From contig MU619331.1 of assembly GCA_025201805.1 (NCBI GenBank), forward strand, positions 73,778 to 126,731: 52,954 bases of DNA. Reading direction: 5' to 3'. The number at the start of each line of letters is the position of its first letter. The first letter of the stretch is position 1. The DNA comes from Parasitella parasitica NRRL 2501. Lineage: Eukaryota; Fungi; Mucoromycota. Below the pieces are notes generated by a model, which saw nothing but the letters and a program-made list of their open reading frames with translations, was not told the origin of the DNA and made no database searches. Position numbers and translations under genes: made by a program. Of the stretch, positions 25,673 to 37,962 are shown in pieces.

Positions 25673-26431
25673 TCAAGCACTATGAACTATGTAGAACTTT
25701 CTCTTTTGAGAATGCCCTACAAAGGAAGCACTGTCTCTGGCGAAAACGTAATACAGGATTGTTATGATAAAAAGTATTTTCAGTCCAGTCAAAACATGGT
25801 CGAGCAATGATGCCGCACGGCTGTTGATTATTAGATGTGTGATATATTACATTTATTAAATCACTTACGTGGGAGTCTGATCCTCTCGTCGATGGAACAG
25901 GTAAATGTGAATATGAGCACGTCTGTATCTACGGCGCCCAGAGGTGTTGGTTTCTCTGTTGTGTCGTGGCACTTCAGTGGGTCCCTCTTGTGGCTGACTA
26001 GCCTGAATTTCTTGAGGCTGGCTACCTAGAACTTCCTCCTCAGCAGATGCACCAATCGTTTGCGATAATTGAGTATAAGGGAAGAACGACTCTTCAGATT
26101 TGACATGCTGTGAAGAAGGAGAAGATTCTGCTTCATGTCTTGCATGAGAAGGACTAACAGTGGAGGAAGAAGCGGCAATGTCAGCTCGAGTGGAGGTTTG
26201 AGCACTCGGCATTTCCTCGTTAGCCTCGGATGCTTCGTGCTCTTCGCGAAAAGTCCTTTTTCTTCTTTTCGACCTTCTTTGTGCCGAGATCTTCATGTCC
26301 AAGCTTGTGGTACTATTTGAATCAGAATCTTTGCTAGTAGCAGGAATAGAGAAATCTGCAGTTATAAGGCCTTCCTCTGGGCTAATGGTTTCAAATTCTT
26401 CAAACTCTTCCGTTCTTTTTCTTTTAAACAT
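25673..26431 (-). CDS. Hypothetical protein: disordered basic/acidic N-region with NLS-like motifs and a C-terminal transmembrane helix
   Basis: The 188-aa ORF is spliced at GTAAGT (~25868) to an exon encoding ...ASLLDHVLTGLKILFIITILYYVFARDS...HSA*. Contains KRKR and RRSKRRKR. Start codon uncertain. Confidence 0.6.
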
Positions 26432-26984
26432 GGAGGACTTGCAAGTCAGTTTATTTATATTGCAATGATTAGAAGGAATGCTAAATTATATACCTTTGAT
26501 GCAAAGGTGATCCAGGCATTTTTTTATCTCTTAATTTATTCAAAATAACAAAAAGAAGAGAATAACCATACATTTCAAACCGCAGTTGATACATTTATAT
26601 GGACTGAATACATTGTGATTGCTTTAATGTGAGTAAAGAGTGGTTTATGATATATTGTTACTATGGCTGCTTGTCATGGAGAAGCCTGATTTCGGTCATG
26701 ATTACTACAATCAAAATGATATATTCTGTTGATCAAGCAAAAACAACTCAAATTACAGTGTAAGCCAGAATTTTTTTTCGTTCCATGTACATCATCACAA
26801 ATATCAACCAACAATGAAAATCTTGCTCTTTACTATAATAAAACCTATTTTCGCAAATTTATATATTTGTTTACACTTTTAATGTGATAAGCGTCTATGT
26901 ATATATATATATAAAATGAGCAGAATGATTGTAAAATTAAAAAAAAAAAAAAGAAAAAAAAACTGATCGTAAGATATAATGCGG

Positions 26985-28075
26985 CTATGCAGGGGTCATG
27001 TAATTTCCAGGAATAAGGCCTCTCTGTCTCCTACTTGGATCAAGCAATTCAGCATACCACCATCCGTCAGGCTGCTGATTGAGAACAGCGAAATGGTCTT
27101 TTGCATTGAATGATACTTCAGTTGGGATCTGTGACAACAAATTAGGATTCTGTGCAACCTCGTTCGATCAAGGATTTTTTTTACCTGAGCAGTATAATTC
27201 CACAATGCGCGAACATATTGCAAAACTGGTGCTCCATCAGCTAATCGATTAGTACGAATGTGTTGCTGCGAGTGACGATGCTGCTGCTGCTGCTGCTGCT
27301 GTTGTTGTTGTTGTTGTTGTGAATGGCGATGCTGTTGATGCTGTTGATGCTGTGAGTGACGAGGTTGCTGCTGTTGCTGCTGCTGCTGTTGCTGCTGTTG
27401 CTGCTGTTGAGGCTGTTGCTTTGCTAAGGGTAATGTATTCACTGGCAAAGGCTGTGTATTAGTTGATGGTGATTGCTTGGCAACAGGCCTAGACTGATGT
27501 TGCTGTAAAGGTTGTGTTTGAAGCTGCTGCTGAGGTTGATTTTTTTGTTGAGGCTGTTGGACAACACGTTGTTGTGCAGAGCTGTTTCCCTCCTTGTTAC
27601 CCATTACTACCTTTTGCAAATGATTGAATGCGGCATACGTATTTTCGGATTTAGAAGGATCCAAATGAGTGTAGCTACCTGTGGGCACAAACTTTTGAGC
27701 AGCATATCCTTGCAATTCAGCAGGAGTCTTCTTGTCAGTGGCATTTGCTCCAGTATTTGCTTGAATGAGAGGCATTTCCTTGCTTTTTGACGAAATCGTC
27801 CATTTTTCATCATTACTGCCATTTGAATCAGAAAGGCTCAAGTTTCTCGAAGCAGCGGGCGATGAAAGAGGTGTGGTTGCTAATGCAGGATTGAAGGCAG
27901 GATTGCGAACAGGCTTGAATCTCTCGCTATCGTATTCGTCTGAAGACTTGGGGCTTGATGGGCCGACAGGATCCCCCGATGCATCCATTGTCTGTCTATT
28001 CTTCTTTTTTTTGTCTTTCTTTTTGCCCTTTTTCTCCTTTTTCTCCTTGCTAATAATTGCGTCGTTTTCCGACAT
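26985..28075 (-). CDS. Gln-rich protein with C-terminal SH3 domain
   Basis: Spliced SH3: YVRALWNYTAQ/IPTEVSF...DGWWYAEL...GLIPGNYMTPA*; polyQ/H tracts. Confidence 0.88.
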
Positions 28076-28298
28076 TGTGCTCCTAAAATAAAATCCCAAT
28101 TGGAGTGAAAGAAAAGAAGAAAAAAGAAGAGGAAGGCGAGGCCATCAAACAATCGTAAAAGAACAACAAATTGGGGTTGAAACCCAGTGTACAAGAAAAT
28201 TTATTTTTGGCTACTCTAACAAACCAAATGAACCACGGTGAAAACTAGATGTAATTCATCAAAAGGTAATATTTATTTATAATAGGAAGAAACGTGGG

Positions 28299-29644
28299 CT
28301 AATTCATTTGAATGTCTTCATTGTTGCCCATGTAACTATCCATATCAGCATCCAAATCTTGTTGGTTGGGCTTGGAACGAGATTCTCTCTTGTTGATTCC
28401 GCCACGACGACTGTTGTTACTACCACCACCACGAACATTTCCGCCACGACGACCAACATTGCTAGAAGGTGCATTTGATACAGCAGAGATAATAGAAGCA
28501 GTTGTGATACGCATGGGGCGACCTAGCAATGCACTGTTAATTGAGGGGGCCCATTGTTAATAACAATCGCAATATTTACCATCCAATTCGACATTGTTAT
28601 ATGTATTACGTGCTTTTTCAGCATCTTGGCTGGAAGTGAATACTACGTCAGCAATACCAGACGATTTGCCGTTGGGGCCAATATGGAGGAAGGCTCGCTT
28701 TAATTTGCCAATTTGGCCAAAGAGATCCTACATGGTCCACAAGTAAATACCACGATAATTTATACAAAAAAAAAAAAAAAAAACAACCGCACTTACGTAA
28801 AGATCCTTTTCGGTGACATTGAAATGTAGATTGGCTACAACAAGGCTGTTGGAGGCGCGGTTGCTGGAGCTTGTTGGTCTGTTGTTTCTAGGAGGTGCGT
28901 TGTTACGTGCGGGTCTGCTGGCTCCATTGTAAGGCTTTTTAACACACAAACAAAGAGAAAGAGATGATTGACGATTAGGATAGCTGTTCTCTTTGCATAC
29001 AGATAAAAACAAAAATAAAAAAAAAAGAGCCAAAAAAAATAAAACATTCGTGTACATGAAAAAAACGTGCACACAGATACTCGTATTTCCAATCCAAGAA
29101 GAAAAAAAAGAGCCAATGTTCAATCATAAACAAAACAAACACGAATGGTATTTCGTTCAATATCATACAACCTGAGCCGAGTAGAAAAGTGTAGCGTGTA
29201 CAAAAAAAGAGTGTTGTTTGGCGTAGATGTCATCAATACCCTTCCAACTTTCCGTAGCCTTTCTTTTTGCAAAGGAATCAACAAGGAAGAAAAGTAACGT
29301 GTGCACTATGATTCCCGTTGTTCATCTCGTTTTTTTCTTCCAAAAAAGAAACAAGATCAGCGCTTTCAAGGAGATCAACGTACATGTTGCTGTAACCTTT
29401 TTTTTTTTCCTTTTCTTCTTTTCATTGTGGAAATAGAGGAATAGTTGCTCTTTTTTTTTTGAGAATAATAATAAAGGAGTTGTTAACATACCGAAGAGCG
29501 ACTACCAGAAGAGCGGTTCTTGCTAATACCACCGCGGGAGCTACCACCACGACGACCACCAGTGCTGCTGCTGTTGCGTTTGTTGGTACGGTTTTGAGAA
29601 ATGACATCGTCAAGTGCCATATCGAGAGCTCCAAGGTTACTCAT
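28299..29644 (-). CDS. YRA1: mRNA export adaptor Yra1/ALYREF (4 exons, 557-nt first intron)
   Basis: N-box LDMALDDVI, RGG regions, RRM (LVVANLHFNVTEKDL...GKSSGIADVVF...YNNVELDGRPMRI), C-box DLDADMDSYM. Confidence 0.93.
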
Positions 29645-30137
29645 TTTTAGGTTGTAGATGTGTGTGTATGTGTGTGTGAAAAGGGATGAAAAGAGAAAAG
29701 AAAAAATTAAACCAGGCAACTCTTCCATTTTGTAAAGAGAAAATTTTTATAGCCATACGTCACCTAGAAAGTGATGCCTGTCAAGAGACCAATCAACTAG
29801 GGTTATTGAAAAAGCTGGTGTAATGCTTAGGAAAGAAGAACAGCAGATTATAGGAGTGATCAAAGGACAGGCGAAATCTATATGATTTTCAAGTACCATG
29901 ACCAAGAGTTCCTTTTTAAACAAAACTACTGGAGAGCTGATTGTCCCTTGTTTTGTTGCTGGCTTGTTCAGACTTTGATTGTCTGTAACACTGTACTTGG
30001 CATCACAAGAGCAAAAATGCACGGTTGGCTCTTTGTTGCCAGTGTCATCCTTTATAAATCAACATGATGGCATTGTGCTCGAAAAGGAAAAAAAAATCAT
30101 AACTATAGAAATATCTTATTAAAATGCATGTATATTG

Positions 30138-30458
30138 CTATTGCTCTACGTGTTTGCTAATCTCTTCGTCATGTTGCTTGTCTTGGTAACCAGTAGCAGC
30201 ATCCCAATTTCCGAGAGTAAAGTCTTCCACAGAGCCTTTGTCGCTGTCTATGGGCGAGTAGTCATTGTTTTTTGTGGGAGTTGCGCTATCTTTGAGCTTT
30301 TTGGCATTGGATTCACTCTTGGACGCCAACATTTTGCTAAAGTCACTCCATGGCATATTGACAAAAGAGGTATTGGAAGGTGTGATGGTACTAGGCTCCT
30401 CGCTCACCAAATTAGGGACGGTCTTAAGGTGCTGAAGCAGTTGCTGGCCGGGGTCCAT
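30138..30458 (-). CDS. Small hydrophilic hypothetical protein (106 aa)
   Basis: Uninterrupted ATG ORF with protein-like composition; TATATAAA ~80 nt upstream; sits in an otherwise empty interval. Confidence 0.55.
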   Translation of the reverse strand: MDPGQQLLQHLKTVPNLVSEEPSTITPSNTSFVNMPWSDFSKMLASKSESNAKKLKDSATPTKNNDYSPIDSDKGSVEDFTLGNWDAATGYQDKQHDEEISKHVEQ

Positions 30459-31473
30459 TGTAATTTCAATGAAAAGCAGGTGTAATTGAACGTATACAAC
30501 AATAAAGCATACGAAGGGACAAGCTTTCTTGCTAATTTATATAGCATTCGAAGCATGAAATCATTGGGGTTTCTGTTTCACCTGCTAAAACGATCGGGGA
30601 TGACCTAATTTAAAATCGAACAACGCAAATAAGATAAGGCCCTTTTTGACATGCAATCAACCAAAGGCTCTTTATTAATACAGTGATCACCCTATCCATA
30701 AGCTTGAATAGCAAAGCCTAACCATTTTTATGGCAAGTAAGCATGGTTATTATGTAATTATACCAGAGCCATATAGTTACAGATTACGTAGTAAATTGTT
30801 CATTGTTATGAACTATATTCTACACTTGTAGCCGCACAGACATTAAAACAGGTCAAGCAGCGATTATTGAACATCAGCGGAAGCACCATTAGCAACATCT
30901 GATTTCATATATAATGGTATATACTGCACCTTGGATTGAACATTCGCAAATATGTCTTTTTGGTAGAATATACCATGCCGTATCTCTTATGGTTTTGATA
31001 CCAGCTTATATTAGATTTTCTTGATATCATCGTTCATATATGATATACACCAAGTCTGGTATAGGCTGTTTAAATGAGGGAATAAAATCGCTGGTTTTGA
31101 ATCAAGGAGAATATTTTTGATGTGGTTCTATGATTGCAAACTTTTAATCTTGAAAAAGACGCTTATATATAATAACACTTTAGGGTTTTTTAGACAAGTA
31201 GGACAAGAAGCATCATTATGCAGATTCTAGGAACTGCTTTTATAAAAAAGAGAAATCAGGATCGTACATCTGTCAGCATAATAATAACGACATTGCGCAT
31301 ATCATGGCTTTGAAGACACATCGCGTATATCTTCATTTTATCAGATCATTATTGCTCCTCAACATCCTTGCTTTAAAAAAAAATCTTGTCTTGACAAAAA
31401 GAAACAAGTGCTAATCTATTCTACATTTACATTTTATTTCAGGCTGTTTAATAACAAGTGAAAGGATTTATGA

Positions 31474-32496
31474 TTATTTACTAGCAGTAGGAAAAGGTGG
31501 TGGGATAAATTCTTTGGGGAACAGCTTTTCACCACGTAACTTGACGGCATCCTTGATCTTGACAAATTGATCATCAAAGCCAGGAACGGATCCCTTGACA
31601 TACACCAAATTTAACTCGGGATCAATCTTGATAACCTGTAAACTTTGCACTGTAACACTTTCGCCACCAAGACGACCAGCCATCTTCTTGCCTTTAAAAA
31701 CTTTACTAGGCCACTATATAAAGCAGTTAGTTCTCTATTCAAACTGATGAATGGACTCAGAAATATGTTTTTACCTTGCGCTGACCCGTCGAACCACCAG
31801 AACGATGTGTTAGAGAGACACCATGAGAGGCGGGGAGACCTTTAAAATTCCAGCGCTTCATAACACCAGCAAAACCTTTACCAATTCTGCAATGAAAATA
31901 AAGTCAACAAACTATCTACACTGATTACATTGCACAGACTTACGAAGGAGCTGTAACATCAACAAATTGTCCTGTAACAAAATGCTCGGCTGTCAATTCG
32001 GTACCAATAGGCAAAACTGCATCTTTAGTAACTCTGAACTCATATAATTTTTCACGGAGACCAACACCTAGCGATTTGAAATGTTCAATCATGGGCTTTG
32101 AGATATTTTTTTCCTTCTTTGGCGAGCATCCAACCTGCAAAGCAGTGTAGCCATGTTTATCCTCAGTACGAACATCGGTTACAATCACATCTTCCAACTA
32201 ACAAAATAAACATGTTAGACATTTATGGTCGATAACAGCTATAGATGTGTATTATTTACTTGTAAGACAGTAACGGGCATACGAATACCTGACTCACTCC
32301 AAACGGAGGTCATTCCCTTCTTTTTGGCAATGACACCAGTGCGAACTGAATCTCTGGTCCACTGAGAGGTCGCAGGGGTTGCTTGAGAAGAGATTGTACT
32401 GGTGTGGAAAGCGGCTGAAATGATTGAACGCATGGGGTTCGTTGCAGCCATGGTCTTGGCAGCAAGTGAAGACTTTGAGAATAAACTTAGAGCCAT
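31474..32496 (-). CDS. MRPL3: Mitochondrial ribosomal protein uL3m (4 exons)
   Basis: Arg/Ser-rich presequence; [64 protein letters not shown]. Confidence 0.95.
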
Positions 32497-32683
32497 GATT
32501 ATCTATGTAGCGTATAGGAAAAAGAAGCGCTTGCTCAAGTCATTAAAGATTGTATGGGGTAGGGCACCCTACGAAACCTGTGGTATACATTAGGTTACCG
32601 ACATACATCTAGATGGTCACATCCCTACACAACAGTGGCTTATGTGTTTGCTGTTGCCATGCATTCAAGCTTGCGTCTTCATA

Positions 32684-32700
32684 GCTGATTGGGCTGATTG
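32684..32700 (-). promoter_or_regulatory. Tandem CCAAT-like boxes upstream of the uL3m gene
   Basis: GCTGATTG twice (CAATCAGCCCAATCAGC on -), ~190 bp upstream of the ATG. Confidence 0.4.
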
Positions 32701-33462
32701 AAGCGAATGGAATACAGTTTGGAGAAAATGGCTAAATACATGTGTATTTGAATTGACAAGCTGCCAATAACTGCTATTGATGAATGATTGCAATATGATT
32801 ATCAAGGGAGTTCTCTGGTTTTTAACAAGTCAGATACTTGTGTCATTATAACGACTCTCGATTAGACATGCAAATCANNNNNNNNNNNNNNNAAAAAAAA
32901 AGCAGATGAAATCAACTTGGATAGTAACACAATTTGACACCTGGTTGTCATAACAACGAATTCCAAGGTAGATCAAATCAAGTGTATATTGATGTAAATC
33001 ATACTGAATGTTTATTTACATACAACATAAAACCTTCAATCGCAGAAAGACATAAAACATACAAATAACAAAAAAATATCCACAAACATTTCATTTAACC
33101 ATTCAACATATGCAATGTTTCTCTCAAACATTTTACTATTGTCACTCGCACAATCGCACAATAAGAGACCCTTTAAACAAAAGGTAAAGCGTGTCGATGC
33201 GGTAAAGACAAAAACTCAGCCTGAAACAGACTGTTGTTTTCATACAAAAAAGCGGTTTCCTTTCAAAACAATCGTCCTTTTCTTTCTTCTCATTCCCAAA
33301 CAATTTTTTTTACCATTTGTATAGACTCTTCATTTGATATTCCATTATAGTATTTACGAGAAAACACGAAATTGCAGCCAGAAAATTCCCAATTTAAAGA
33401 GCAATTTGGATTCGAGCAGAGAAACATTTGACGAGTTGGGCCAACTGAAAAACAATGCTAGG

Positions 33463-36400
33463 ATGGATGACTCTACACCACTCACACCAGAATTGACGGA
33501 GCGTAAGAACCGATTGTCATCTAACAGTGGGATCAAGAGAAATAAAGTAAGTCGAGCATGTGACGAATGTAGAAAAAGAAAGGTAAGGTCTTGGAGATTC
33601 CTTTTATTTTTGAAGCTTCGAGAGTGCCTCAAGTCAACATATTTGCATTACAAATGTGCATTTTATTACCTGAACACTCGCCAAGTTTCAGTCAACATAT
33701 TACATTAAACTCAGCTAACCCCTATATGTATTATTTTGTTTTAGGTTCGATGCGATGGAGCTCAACCTTGTGCAAGATGTCAAAAGTCTTCCACCGAATG
33801 TATCTTCTCAAATGTAACACCAAAAAGAGGACCACCAAAGAAATATTTAGAGCCATTTGAAACTAGATTAAAAACCATTGACAAAGTTTTGAAGCTTCTC
33901 GAACTATCAACAGATGACGGTTTGATTAAAGAGAACAATCATTCCATGGACACCAAAGGTAAGAAACTGGGAGCTCCAAACAGAACAAAAACAAAATAGG
34001 GCAAAAATGACGAGCAAATATTCAAATGAAAAGCATAGATCCATCATTTATCGAAACAAATCCCCACCTGAATGTCACAACAATTGGACATGCCCTGTAT
34101 GTGCCTGACGTGCCAGCTCGCAAGGACCGCATCGAGTGTTTGCATGCTGGAAGCGTAGAGTTTGAACCCCCTCAATCCATGGCCATGAAAAATGCATCAT
34201 CTGTTACACTAAGATTTGATCTGATTCAATGCTACTTTGATTGCATACATCCCTCAATGCCATTTATATCCAAGTCGACGTTTGCAGAATCCCAGCCATC
34301 GCCTCTTTTATTGAATGCAATTTACGCAGTCTCATCTAGATCCATCCTAACGCCTTCGACAGCGACAGTGCCATCACAGAAACCGATTGATCCTCCAGGC
34401 TGGAGCTTTTACAAGACAGCGTTAAGCCTCATTGATGTTTACATGGATACTCCTCGAGTATCTACCATTCAGGCGCTTTTGCTGCTTGTGAAATATCATG
34501 AGCATATTCATCGTCCTGGGTTTTTTTGGAGAACCAAATTTCTTTTGCAGCTGTCTATCAACATGGCAAATGATCTTGGTCTGTCAAGCGAAGTTTGTCA
34601 AGAAAAAACACTACCAAGTCATGAATTGGAGCATGGAAAAAGGACGTTTTGGGCTGTATATACCTATGATATTTTGATGAGGTTTGGATGTGCAAAATCT
34701 GCAGTTCCTAGATCTTTTTTTTTTTTTCTTTTTCTAAATGTATAGTGTATGTTTCTATTTATAGTACAGAGCATGGTTCAGCATTGCATTTTCCAAGTAA
34801 AGAGTGCACGGTTGATTATCCGCACGTCCTCCCTGATGAAACTGGCACCGATGCCAACATTGCATCTAATTTTTATTGGCTGGCCAAGGTGATACACGTT
34901 CAAGCTGCTGTTATTGAATTCTTGAGATCAAGGTACACGAGTGACAACAATACATCAAACGATCATGAAGCCCATGTGTTTGTAGAGATACAAGACAGGA
35001 TTTTGGAATTGAGAAACAGGATACCTCATATGGCTGAAGGAGATTTGCAGGCTTCCTTTGTCCATTTAATATACCATTTAAGCGTCATTTTACTGTACAG
35101 ACCATTTATATCGAACAGTCAATCACAAGCTGCCTATGCTTCTCGCTGCTCAGCATCTGCGTCTACGATAACAAGCATTATCGAGCACGTATTGAATTCA
35201 GACGGTGCTGAATTATTTTTTGCTATTCCTCGAAGTAATCAACAGATGATTTATTTCTTAACTGCTGCTATCACCATTCAACGCGCTCTGAAAGATACGG
35301 ATGCTACCACAAATGACATGTACGACAAGACCTGTTCAGTATTGCAGCGCATGGTCAGTAAATCTCCTGTTACAGAGCTAGAGACTAGTGCTATTGATAG
35401 CTACTTTTGTGCAGATCGAACAGAACAGTATGCATTGTCGCCCTCAAACAATTCATCTACGCGTTCATCCCCACTGATCTCTGCACTCAATTCGCCACAT
35501 AGCCCTAATATTCCTGCTCCTACTATCAGAAAAAGACATTCAAGATCTTCGCTGCAATTTCCTGCCTCTGACGTCTCGTATACAATGCAATCTGGTGCTT
35601 CGTATGGCCCTGAAGTTGTTGGGCATCGTATGCGGCCCGCTGGAAGGCCACCTTATGCTACAAATCGGCTGTCTGCGCCTTCACTTGGCTCCCTGTACCA
35701 GCAATCACCTTATTTCTACCAACAGCAGTTACAGCAACAGCAACAGCAGCAACAGCAGCAACAGCAACAGCAACAACAGATCCAACATCAAATACAACAG
35801 CAGCAGCAACAACTTTCAAGCTATTCTCAACCGTCATCGCCCACAGCAAGCCAATTCAGTGGAAGTAGTGAATACAATGCTCCTAGCTTCTTAGTAGCGC
35901 CACGTCGAACTACTTCTCTATCAAGAAAAACAGGGCTTCGTCGCAGTGCCTCTTCAACAGGCGAATTTATCGTGCCATCCCAAAGGCCGCCACGAAATTC
36001 ATCACGACCATACATTAACCCACGTCGACATACATTGACAAATACAACACCACCTGATCTTTCCAATGTTAACACAGTCGTTCCACAGCATAGCGCATCT
36101 TCTATGCTTGACACCAGCACAAATATAGCATCTGCACCGCGAAACTTGCATGCTATTGCTGTTCGAAATAACCGTTTTTCAGCTCCTGTTGCGAGCAACA
36201 ATACCCAAACACCCTACATGATACCAATCACTACTCAACAACAACAGTCATTTCAACATCAACACCTACAGTTGCAACAGCAGCAGCACCAGCACCAGCA
36301 GCATCAGCAGCAGCATGAATTGCAACTCCAAATTGAACAGCAACAATATCAGCAGCAGCAATACGAACAGCAACAATATGGGCAGAACCAGCAAAACCAG

Positions 36401-36580
36401 CAGCAGCACCAGCAGCATCAGTTTCAACAGCAGCAGCCTTATTGCCTGCAACAAACTTATCATCAGCCAATGATGATTGACCCTTCTTCATTCCCTATGG
36501 ATCCTGTCATTCCTGATTCTCCAAATGAATCAATGATGGGTTTATTGATGAATCCCTGGGAGTTTCCACGCCAAACATGA
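33463..36580 (+). CDS. Zn(II)2Cys6 transcription factor with fungal-TF middle homology region and polyQ tail
   Basis: CDECRKRK/VRCDGAQPCARCQKSSTEC across intron 33583-33745; YFDCIHPSMPFI, STIQALLLL, ANDLGL, KRTFWAVY..D. Confidence 0.95.
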
Positions 36581-36670
36581 ACAAGACTTTTATAAGGCAT
36601 AAAAACAAAACTGCACCCATCCCCTCAAATACGAAAAGAAGAAAGAGAGAGAGAAAAAAANNNNNNNNNN

Positions 36671-36760
<90 letters not shown>
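36671..36760. repeat. Poly(A) tract next to an assembly gap
   Basis: 90 A immediately after the N-run 36661-36670. Confidence 0.6.
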
Positions 36761-36763
<3 letters not shown>

Positions 36764-37812
36764 GATATACATATACATACAGCACATCCCAATTTTTGTA
36801 TCCATGCCTCTTTTATATAATTTTATAATCTGCTTTGATCTATGAATAATTAAATGTATAGCCTTTTTGATACTTATCTATCTTATGAATCGCAATAGTT
36901 TTGATTGTGATGATGACATTCCACAAAAGGTCCACATGAGTTTTCCAAGACGGTGAGAATGAGACAAGAGTTATGTTTTTCAAGGTCATTGCAGCCAAAT
37001 GAAGATTCTCACTCAAGGGGTTCTAAGCTCTTTTGTGCAGTTTTTAGAGCTTTATCTAATGGCAAACTTTACAACGCAACACAATCAATATAGCAGGCAT
37101 CACACCATAAAATGTAAAAACGCGTTTTTTTGAGAAAAGAATCAACATTTTAATAATTAACAGCAAAGCAAGTAGTTTACAACAGAGGAGGTACCCCCAT
37201 AGAACTATTTTAATTATAGGTATGTTATAAAAAAAAAAAGGTGTTAATACTCGATTTTGTAAAATCAATCTCTTGAGTAAAGGGGCACCTCGAGGAAAAT
37301 TGATTCAAAAATTATGATCTGAAAAAAAAAAAAAAAAAAAAATAGTCTATACAAATGTTGGATTAAGGTATTTGACTATATCCGTGCTGGTCTGTGCTTA
37401 TTTTGTGCTACAATGCAAGCTTGACACCCTTAAATTAGCCATATGTTGCAGGAATTTTACGTGTGATGAAATTTGATTCCATGGAAAGTAAACTCCTAGA
37501 CATCTTGGTTAGCTTTTACTATTTGCATCAGAGCCTTTTGATTATTTCTTTTTGTTTTTAGGTCCCTTGAGTTTGTATGTTTGTATGCTTCCAGACTGTC
37601 GCTATCCGTTTCCTGAATTTCAATTATTAATCATGTTTGACAGTATGAATGAGGAAGTTCGGATATTAGATTTATGTAAAAAAGAGCATTGTAAAAAACG
37701 AGATAAAAGTTTGACATTTGCCATGACGTTTTCTTCGTAGTTCCGGCTTCAATTTAACCATTAGAAATAGCCAATCGGTCATGGATTTGATGAGCCTATA
37801 TCGGTGAATGTC

Positions 37813-37814
<2 letters not shown>

Positions 37815-37884
<70 letters not shown>
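37815..37884. repeat. Poly(dA:dT) tract immediately upstream of the TATA box of the secreted-protein gene
   Basis: 70 A followed by GTATAAATA. Confidence 0.8.
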
Positions 37885-37887
<3 letters not shown>

Positions 37888-37962
37888 TAAATACAGCGTA
37901 AAGAAAAGATAAAGCTATGTTTCAAGTGTACATATATTTTTTTTTTTGCCTAATACATCAAT

